Part shown: piece after piece, positions 16,563 through 23,530 of the stretch
How the letters are laid out: every line of letters begins with the position of its first letter
Numbering within the stretch: position 1 is the first letter of the stretch
Source of the DNA: Candidatus Nanoarchaeia archaeon
GTDB taxonomy: Archaea; Nanobdellota; Nanobdellia; SCGC-AAA011-G17; GW2011-AR18
Assembly (NCBI GenBank): GCA_035289905.1
Contig: DATDVT010000026.1
Span: 1-53,777 of the forward strand
Direction: 5' to 3'
DNA: 53,777 nucleotides
The notes under the pieces: generated by a model
The model's database searches: none
Seen by the model: only the letters and a program-made list of their open reading frames with translations
Told to the model about the DNA's origin: nothing
Position numbers and translations under genes: made by a program

Positions 16563-17222
16563 TTAGGTTATAGTTCTTAGACGACCTGATTTAATTTCAA
16601 ATATTTCTCCTTCTTTTATTAGTTCTTTTATGATTTTTTCTGCTTCTTGTTCTATTAATTTTGAGTTTTCTATAACTTCATTGATATCTGCGCCTTGTTT
16701 GTCATCTAGTTTTTCAATTAGTTTTAGGATTATTTCTCTTTTGGATGTTGGTGTAATGTTTTCTATATTGATTATTATTGCATCATCTGATTTTTCAAGA
16801 ATTTTTTCTTTTAGAATAGGTTCTTTATATTTTAATTTTAATTCTAAGTGGCGAATTTTTAACCATTCTTTGGTTGTGTTTTTGATTATTTCTGGTGAGA
16901 GATATATTTGATTGTTAAAATATCTTATTTTTCCAATTACAATAACTATTTGTCCTGGAAGGATATTATCTAATAATTTTGTGTCTTCATTCCAGGTTCT
17001 AATATTTATTTGTGCAGTAGAATCATCTAGAATAATGGAGCTATAATTTTCTTGTTTTTGTATATTGGTTGTTATTCCTATAATATTTACTCTAGAGATT
17101 TGTAAATTTCTTGTTGTTATAAAGTTGGGTGTCATTTGTTCTTGTGTTTGGGTAAATGGAGCAATTATTATATCAGATATCCATAATTTGTATGCTGTTT
17201 GTCTTAGGAATTGTTCTGTCAT
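16563..17222 (-). CDS. RPA32/Stn1-like OB-fold protein with a C-terminal winged-helix-like domain
   Basis: 219 aa. RVNIIGITTNI...SIILDDSTAQINIRTWNED...LPGQIVIVIGKIRYFNNQIYLSPEII is the RPA2-type OB pattern. C-terminal KIIKELIKEGEIFEIKSGRLR looks winged-helix-like. Its start overlaps the MCM stop by 4 nt. Confidence 0.6.
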   Translation of the reverse strand: MTEQFLRQTAYKLWISDIIIAPFTQTQEQMTPNFITTRNLQISRVNIIGITTNIQKQENYSSIILDDSTAQINIRTWNEDTKLLDNILPGQIVIVIGKIRYFNNQIYLSPEIIKNTTKEWLKIRHLELKLKYKEPILKEKILEKSDDAIIINIENITPTSKREIILKLIEKLDDKQGADINEVIENSKLIEQEAEKIIKELIKEGEIFEIKSGRLRTIT

Positions 17223-20200
17223 ATTTTTTGTATGAATCCTTTTTTTGGTTCAAATATTTCACCTGATTTTTTTAATTGTTCAATTACTTGTTCTGTTTTA
17301 TCTTCACTTAATCCTTTTTGTATTGCTTGTGCAAAGATTTCTTCTATTGGGACTGTTTTAAGGCCTGCGTCGTTTAATTTATTTAAAATTTCTTTTATTA
17401 TAACCATTTTATTTCTTGTTGATGCAGTTATTATTCCTGAGATTCTGTCTTGGTCTATTTGACCTGTTTCTGGGTCCATACCTACTTGTGTAAGACAATA
17501 AGTTAGTAGAGATATTGCTCTTTCAGCATCTTCTTTAGTTGCTTTTGTTGATAGTCTTAGTCTAGCAGAGGCTTCAGTTAAACGGATTAGACCTTCTAAT
17601 TGTCTTGCAGATATGGGAATTGGTTTTATTAATTGATTATCTGTTTTGTTTGAGTTTCTTAGACTAACGTAAAAATTTTTAATTTCATTGATTGCTTGTT
17701 TTGTTAGTGTAGGTTTTATTCTTTGTTTGATATATGATATATACTTTTTTAGAAATTCTGAGGTAATTGTGTCTTTATAGCTTTCTTTTATTTGTGTGGT
17801 TTCAAGAACATGGATTGCAATTTCTGCATCTCTTTCTTTATCTGGGATATCTCTTATTGGAAATATTAAATCAAATCTATTTAGTAATGTTGGTGGAAGA
17901 TCTATTTGTTGAGGTATTGGTGTATAGGGATCGAATCTTGAACCTTTTGGGTTTGCTGCAGCTAGGAGAGTTGTTTCTGCTCTTAAAGATGCTTGAATAT
18001 TTGCTTTTGAGATTGTTACAGTATTATGTAAAATCATTCCATTACTAATAAAAGTATGATTTGGTTCAATTGTTACATCATAAACCCATTTTATGCCTTT
18101 ATTTTTTATTTTTGAGATTTTTTTTATTTTCATGTTATTTAAGATAGTCCTATTATTCTTAGTTGAAGGCACATTATATCCTTCTTTTAATTCATTTGCA
18201 GGGATTGTTTTATAACCTTCTTTTTGAAATATAAAAATTGGATGTTCTGAAGTGACCACGATTCTTTGTTTATTTGAAAATTCTATTTTTATAAATTCAT
18301 TAGGAGCTATGTGTCTACTAACTTTAGCAATATTAGTTTCAAAAATTTTGTTAAAATCAGTAGAAAGTAATTTATAATTATTAATATTAAGTATTTCACA
18401 ATTTATTCCTTTTATTACTTTCTCTTTATTTGTTTGGATAAGTTTATCGACAAATTCTCCTATTTTTTTAGAGTTTCCATTTGAAAAAGTTATTTTAAAA
18501 TCAGGGTGATAAGATTGTTGCTCTAATGCTTCGTGAAGGGCACTTCTATCTTCTGGGGTCATTTTATCTAGTTCATCTACTACTGCAATTCCTTTATTTG
18601 CTAAAACTAATGCGCCTGCTTCTAGAGACCAACCTCTTAAGAATTCATCTTTTATTACTGCTGCAGTCAATCCTGCTCCAGAATTGTGACAGATTATCCC
18701 ACCAATCCCCCCTACGAAATTTTCAAATTTAGGTATTGATACATCATATACATATTTGTTAGTGGGGTTAATTCTTTTTATTGATTTAATTCTACAGAAT
18801 CCAAATCCACTTTCACACATTTTTTTTAAATTTTTAAATTTTACAAATAATTTATTTCCATAATTTGTTAAAGAAATATAATTGGTTCTTCCTCTTTTTA
18901 TTTTGTTGTAAATTTTAGGGTTTTCTTTGAAATATTCCAATGCACCGTTTCCATATTTTTTAGTTAGTATTGGAGCATCTACTACTTTTTTGTTACCAAT
19001 AAATAAAATTCTTTCAATTAAACTGAGATATGGCATTCTTTGCCATTTAAATCTTTTATAATCCTTTTTTATCATACTTTTACAATATTTTTTAAATATT
19101 TCTTTATCTATTGCTTCTAATGGAATATTTTTATACCTATTAGAATATAATTTAGATATATGGGGGGATTTTAAGTCAAATCTATCTCCTGAGCTCTTTA
19201 TTATTCTATCTCTTATTTTAGTTTGTTTTATGTCTTCTCCTTGACTAAACCCTGCAAGTATATTTTGTTCAAGGAATAAATATAATAAATCTGACATAAG
19301 ATATTTAGATTTTGTGACTCCAGAATCTCCTTCAATATATGCGTTAATGAAAGCTTTTTGATTTTCTTTAGTTGTATTAAATATAATATTTGGTATTCTT
19401 TTTTCCTTTGCTTTTTTTTCATAGGCATTTTCCATAAAAGTTTTAAATTTTTCATATGGCTCTTTTCTATAAATTGTTACTCTCATGCCATTTTCTCCAT
19501 GTTGATATTTTTTTGCAGAAATATTAAATAGTTTTTTAGAACATTCGTTAATTTTATTGTATATATAGATTTCATTTTTATTTAATGTAAATTCCATTTT
19601 ATAAGATCCTTTGGAGTTTCTCATATGTCCTTCTGCTATGAAATAACCTAATAAGGTTGCCATTTCTTTTTCTAATGGTTCTTTTTCAATAAATGGAATA
19701 TTATTGGGTACAAGAACGACATCATTAATTTTTAGCAATGATGCTTTAATACATTTAATATTTCCATTTTTTATTACGAATATACTATGATCTCCAGTAA
19801 CTTTAATATTTCTGCCAGTTTCAAGAAAGAAATGGTATAATTTTTTTGCGGTTTTATGTTTGTATCCAAATTTTATTTCTTTCCATTCTAATTGATAATC
19901 ATTATGATTAAATGTCAATGCTTCAATTTTATTTTTAAAAGGTAAAAAAATATTTTCACTATTTTTGCAATTGTCTTCTATAAGCTTTCCAATTAATTCA
20001 ATTCTTATTCTCTTATTTTCACGGATAAGTATTGGTTCAGAATGATCTAATGAAGATCCTTTACCAGATACGAACCTTGCTTTTGGAGCATTTTTTGCTA
20101 TAAATTGAATTATTTGTGATTTTCCGCTCCCAGGGTCTCCAATTAGTAAAATATGTATGTCGCCTCTAGTTGTTGTTCCATCTTCTTTTATTTTTTTTAC

Positions 20201-21109
20201 TCCACCTGCGAGTTGTAGACACAATGCTAGTTTTATTTTTTCATAGCCATAAATAGAAGGTGCAATTGATTTAGTGAGTGTATTAAAGATGTTTGGGTCT
20301 TTACCAAAATTTTCTATTTCTTCTTCGTCTTTTCTTGTTAGTGAGATTTCACTAAAGTCTTCTTGGGTAGCTTCTACATTGTTTGCTTCCATTATTATAT
20401 CATAGCGTATTGATTGTGCTCCTGTTTTTAGTAGTGTTGGTATTTCTTTAATTAATCCAGTGATTAGAATTCTACTTCCAGGGGTAGTTTTTTTAACCAT
20501 GTTTGATTCTACTAAATCTTCTTTTACAAATACAGATAGTCGTTTTGGCTGTTCTCCACCTGAAAGGGCTTCAGGGGATTCTTCTATTTTTAAGTGTTGG
20601 ACGTCTATAAGTTCTTTCGACAATAATTTAAAAGAGGATGCACCTTTTCTTCCGCATGTACATCTCGTTGGTTCTTTAAACTTTTGATCTATTTGGAGTA
20701 TTTTAATTTGAAAACCACATGATTGACATTCGAATTTAGCTTCTGTAACTTGTGGCCTGATATCAGAGGCTTGTCTGACTATACCTTCTACTGAGATAAA
20801 TTTTCCTAAATGTATGGATCTTATATCTGTGATTTTTGTTTTTTGAGTTTCAGGGAGATTTTTTATTCTAATTCTTTTTAGGATGCTTTCTTCTGGTAGA
20901 TCTATTTGTTCAATGGCTATTTCTGCAGCTTTTATTATTTCTTCTGGTTGTTGAATTAATTCTTCAGCTAGTTCATGATCATATCTAGCAAGTTCTTTGA
21001 AATCTATAATTAAGGATTGTTTACCCTTTTGGATTGCATCATATATTTCATCTTTGTAATTTTCTTCAATAAACTCTGTTAGTTTTTCTATTTGTTCATT
21101 AGCATTCAT
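17219..21109 (-). CDS. mcm: Minichromosome maintenance (MCM) helicase, interrupted by two inteins
   Basis: N-terminal zinc motif CQSCG...CTCG, Walker A GDPGSGKS, Walker B VVDELDKM, arginine-finger region NRFDLIF and a C-terminal wH. The extein sums to 675 aa of the 1296-aa ORF. Confidence 0.95.
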   Translation of the reverse strand: MNANEQIEKLTEFIEENYKDEIYDAIQKGKQSLIIDFKELARYDHELAEELIQQPEEIIKAAEIAIEQIDLPEESILKRIRIKNLPETQKTKITDIRSIHLGKFISVEGIVRQASDIRPQVTEAKFECQSCGFQIKILQIDQKFKEPTRCTCGRKGASSFKLLSKELIDVQHLKIEESPEALSGGEQPKRLSVFVKEDLVESNMVKKTTPGSRILITGLIKEIPTLLKTGAQSIRYDIIMEANNVEATQEDFSEISLTRKDEEEIENFGKDPNIFNTLTKSIAPSIYGYEKIKLALCLQLAGGVKKIKEDGTTTRGDIHILLIGDPGSGKSQIIQFIAKNAPKARFVSGKGSSLDHSEPILIRENKRIRIELIGKLIEDNCKNSENIFLPFKNKIEALTFNHNDYQLEWKEIKFGYKHKTAKKLYHFFLETGRNIKVTGDHSIFVIKNGNIKCIKASLLKINDVVLVPNNIPFIEKEPLEKEMATLLGYFIAEGHMRNSKGSYKMEFTLNKNEIYIYNKINECSKKLFNISAKKYQHGENGMRVTIYRKEPYEKFKTFMENAYEKKAKEKRIPNIIFNTTKENQKAFINAYIEGDSGVTKSKYLMSDLLYLFLEQNILAGFSQGEDIKQTKIRDRIIKSSGDRFDLKSPHISKLYSNRYKNIPLEAIDKEIFKKYCKSMIKKDYKRFKWQRMPYLSLIERILFIGNKKVVDAPILTKKYGNGALEYFKENPKIYNKIKRGRTNYISLTNYGNKLFVKFKNLKKMCESGFGFCRIKSIKRINPTNKYVYDVSIPKFENFVGGIGGIICHNSGAGLTAAVIKDEFLRGWSLEAGALVLANKGIAVVDELDKMTPEDRSALHEALEQQSYHPDFKITFSNGNSKKIGEFVDKLIQTNKEKVIKGINCEILNINNYKLLSTDFNKIFETNIAKVSRHIAPNEFIKIEFSNKQRIVVTSEHPIFIFQKEGYKTIPANELKEGYNVPSTKNNRTILNNMKIKKISKIKNKGIKWVYDVTIEPNHTFISNGMILHNTVTISKANIQASLRAETTLLAAANPKGSRFDPYTPIPQQIDLPPTLLNRFDLIFPIRDIPDKERDAEIAIHVLETTQIKESYKDTITSEFLKKYISYIKQRIKPTLTKQAINEIKNFYVSLRNSNKTDNQLIKPIPISARQLEGLIRLTEASARLRLSTKATKEDAERAISLLTYCLTQVGMDPETGQIDQDRISGIITASTRNKMVIIKEILNKLNDAGLKTVPIEEIFAQAIQKGLSEDKTEQVIEQLKKSGEIFEPKKGFIQKI
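18023..18514 (-). mobile_element. MCM intein 2: 164-aa mini-intein with no homing-endonuclease domain
   Basis: Inserted in ALHEALEQQ|TVTISKANI. Begins SYHPDFKITF, block B VVTSEHPIF, ends VYDVTIEPNHTFISNGMILHN with +1 Thr. Confidence 0.85.
18683..20053 (-). mobile_element. MCM intein 1: 457 aa with a LAGLIDADG endonuclease domain
   Basis: Inserted in SGKGS|SGAGLTAAV. Begins SLDHSEPILI, block B VTGDHSIF, LAGLIDADG motifs LLGYFIAEGH and FINAYIEGDSG, ends VYDVSIPKFENFVGGIGGIICHN with +1 Ser. Confidence 0.85.
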
Positions 21110-21130
21110 GATTAAAAAATAAGGCTTTCT

Positions 21131-21141
21131 TTTTTAAAATT
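21131..21141 (-). promoter_or_regulatory. TATA-like box for mcm
   Basis: ATTTTAAAAA on the minus strand, centred about 27 nt upstream of ATG 21109. Confidence 0.45.
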
Positions 21142-21171
21142 ATTTGTGTTATTAATAAGTAAAAGAAATGA

Positions 21172-21714
21172 TTATTTTTTAAGAGATTGAAGGTTTTTAA
21201 TTAAAAGGTCTACAGCTTCTTTTAATCTAACTTCAGATCTTGTACCCGTACATACTATTTTTCCATTACTAAAGAGTAGAAATGTAGCTCTAGTTTCTGG
21301 TAATTTATATACTAAACCTGGAAATTGTTCTGGTTCATATTCTGTGTTTTGTAATTCCATAGCTAGGGAGTTTAGGTTTAAATCCATGCCTATAGACCCG
21401 GAGGCTACCATATTTTGAACTTTCACACGTGGTTGTATTTTAATTTTAATTCCGATTTTTTCTATATTTTTAATTATTTGTTTTATGCTTTCTCTTAGTT
21501 TTTGCATAGAACGAGCACCAGTACAAACTACTTTACCAGAACTGAATATTAAAGCAGAGGTTTTTGGTTCTCTTATTCTCATTACTAAACCTGGAAATTG
21601 TTCTGGATTATATTCTGTATTAGGTAGTTTTTCTGTTAGTTTGATTAAGGGAATATCATGCTCTAGGAATGTTGAAGCTACAATATTAACTATTTTGAGT
21701 TCTTTCTTTGCCAT
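21172..21714 (-). CDS. tbp: TATA-box binding protein
   Basis: 180 aa with two direct repeats (NIVAS...PEQFPGLVMRI...IFSSGKVVCTGA and NMVAS...PEQFPGLVYKL...LFSNGKIVCTG). Confidence 0.95.
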   Translation of the reverse strand: MAKKELKIVNIVASTFLEHDIPLIKLTEKLPNTEYNPEQFPGLVMRIREPKTSALIFSSGKVVCTGARSMQKLRESIKQIIKNIEKIGIKIKIQPRVKVQNMVASGSIGMDLNLNSLAMELQNTEYEPEQFPGLVYKLPETRATFLLFSNGKIVCTGTRSEVRLKEAVDLLIKNLQSLKK

Positions 21715-21737
21715 TTAATTGCGGTTCCTTATTTGTA

Positions 21738-21745
21738 TTTATAAA
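21738..21745 (-). promoter_or_regulatory. Proximal TATA box for tbp
   Basis: TTTATAAA centred about 27 nt upstream of ATG 21714. Two further TTTATAAA copies lie at 21761-21768 and 21773-21780. Confidence 0.5.
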
Positions 21746-21785
21746 TCAATAAAGTAAAGTTTATAAAGGTATTTATAAAGGAGGT

Positions 21786-21796
21786 TCTGTCCTAAA
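21786..21796 (-). promoter_or_regulatory. Copy 1 of the conserved motif TTTAGGACAGA (read on the minus strand), upstream of the tbp TATA boxes
   Basis: The plus strand reads TCTGTCCTAAA. The identical 11-mer recurs at 53601-53611 (same orientation) and 44382-44392 (opposite strand), each just upstream of a TATA-like box. Confidence 0.5.
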
Positions 21797-21840
21797 TAGT
21801 TCTAAATCTGCCCAAAAGCCTATAAAAAGGATTTTGAAAA

Positions 21841-21849
21841 TATTTAAAA
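21841..21849 (+). promoter_or_regulatory. TATA-like box for the CN-hydrolase gene
   Basis: TATTTAAAA centred about 27 nt upstream of ATG 21872. Confidence 0.45.
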
Positions 21850-21871
21850 GTATTAAGTTGATTTAGTTTAT

Positions 21872-22642
21872 ATGATTGATAGATTTAGGGTTGCTGCTGT
21901 TCAATTGGATTTAAGTGGAAGTGCTAGTAATATTTTTGAAAGGATTAAGAAATATATGGTTTTGGCTAAGAAAAATAAGGTAGATATTATTTGTTTTCCA
22001 GAGGATACTTTTTATGCTGGCCCTAAAAAGAATAAATTATTAATTAAAAAGATAGGCGAGGAATGTAGAAAGAATGGTCTTTCTTGTGTATTGACTGGTC
22101 ATTTAAGGGAGAAAAAACATGTTTATAATACAGCTATAATAATTGATAGTCATGGAAATATATGTGGAAAGCATAAAAAAGTACGTGTTTGTGATAGTCA
22201 TAATGTTAAGGCAGGTTCAGATTATGAGATAATAGATACTATTTTTTGTAAGGTTGGTTTAGCAATTTGTTGGGATATTTCTGATTCATATGCAATGAAT
22301 TCTTTGGCTAAAAAAGGTGCAAGAATAGTTTTTTGTCCACTCTATTGGTGTTATGATGAATGGTCACATAAAAAACATCATAAGAAACATGAAAAGAAGC
22401 TTTTAGAATCTTTGGCATTGGTTAGGGCTTTTGAGAATTTGATTTATATTGTTTTTTGTAATGCTTATTCTAAGAAAGAAAAAAGTTTGGTTTCTTATTC
22501 TGTAATATCTGGACCACATATGATTAAAAAAGAAATTTTCGATAGGGAGGGAATGATTATTGGAGATATTGATCTGAATTATCTTGATTATTTGCGAAGA
22601 ATGTATAAAAAAGATTATAATACCATTATTTCTAAATTTTAG
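21872..22642 (+). CDS. Carbon-nitrogen hydrolase (nitrilase superfamily) protein
   Basis: 256 aa. Candidate E-K-C triad in the expected contexts: CFPEDTF, GKHKKVRV, GLAICWD. Confidence 0.8.
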   Translation: MIDRFRVAAVQLDLSGSASNIFERIKKYMVLAKKNKVDIICFPEDTFYAGPKKNKLLIKKIGEECRKNGLSCVLTGHLREKKHVYNTAIIIDSHGNICGKHKKVRVCDSHNVKAGSDYEIIDTIFCKVGLAICWDISDSYAMNSLAKKGARIVFCPLYWCYDEWSHKKHHKKHEKKLLESLALVRAFENLIYIVFCNAYSKKEKSLVSYSVISGPHMIKKEIFDREGMIIGDIDLNYLDYLRRMYKKDYNTIISKF

Positions 22643-23492
22643 ATATTAAAAAATTAGACAATTTTTTGGAAAGTCTTTTGCAATCGTCATAGATAAAATC
22701 CATTCCTGGGCAGCCATTTGCTTCTATAAAATACCATTTATTGTTATTTTTTATTAAATCTAAACCACAAACGTCCATGCAAAGTATCTTTGATGCTTTT
22801 TCACATAGATCTTTTGTGTTTTTGTCTAGTTTTATTGTTCTATAATGTGCTTTTTTTTCATTTCCTGTTTGTTTCCATCTTTTATTTATTTTTACTATTG
22901 CTTGTTCTACTTTATTTCCAAATAATGTTACTCTATAAGATCTATTTTGATTTGGAATAAATTCTTGAGCTATAATTGGGGATTCAGGTAAAATTTTTTT
23001 TATTTTTTTTATTTTTTCTTTGAATTCTTTGTAATTTTTTACTCTTTCTACACCAATCCCATTATCTGAATAAACTGGTTTGAGAATTAGATTATTTTTT
23101 TTTAATATTTCTTTGATTAGATTTGAATTTATCTTTTTTTCTTTTGGAATTAAATATGTTTTTGGGGTTGGGAGTTTATTTTCAAGACATTTAAGATAAA
23201 ACATCCATTTATCTTCGTCATATAATAAAGAATGTGTTGAATTTATAACTTTTTTTCCTAGTTCTTCCATTGTTTTAGAGAGTTGTATTGATTCAAAGGT
23301 TATAGGCCTAAATGTTGCGCTATTTAATATTAAATTACATTTTTTTGTTGTTTCTTTAATATCTTTAATATCTATTTGATCTTCTATTGATATCATGATA
23401 ACATTAACTTTCTTTTTTAGTTCATTTATTATAGTAAAATCTTCAGGAAAGTAATAAGTTTTATAATAAATGTAACCTATTGATTTCTTCAT
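22632..23492 (-). CDS. ATP-grasp fold protein (RimK/glutathione-synthetase-like)
   Basis: 286 aa. LILKPVYSDNGIGVERV, IIAQEFI and the C-terminal GLDLIKNNNKWYFIEANGCPG fit the ATP-grasp pattern. Confidence 0.65.
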   Translation of the reverse strand: MKKSIGYIYYKTYYFPEDFTIINELKKKVNVIMISIEDQIDIKDIKETTKKCNLILNSATFRPITFESIQLSKTMEELGKKVINSTHSLLYDEDKWMFYLKCLENKLPTPKTYLIPKEKKINSNLIKEILKKNNLILKPVYSDNGIGVERVKNYKEFKEKIKKIKKILPESPIIAQEFIPNQNRSYRVTLFGNKVEQAIVKINKRWKQTGNEKKAHYRTIKLDKNTKDLCEKASKILCMDVCGLDLIKNNNKWYFIEANGCPGMDFIYDDCKRLSKKLSNFLISKI

Positions 23493-23530
23493 CTCTTGAT
23501 TAAAAAGTTTTCATTTATAAATATTCTTTA

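Noticed and set aside
17767-20687. ORF-track entries 17767..18048, 18526..18732, 19228..19455 and 20460..20687 inside the mcm locus
   Set aside because: All lie inside the strongly supported MCM/intein reading frame, either antisense or in another frame. They translate to Leu/Phe/Ile-rich low-complexity sequence typical of out-of-frame reading in AT-rich DNA.
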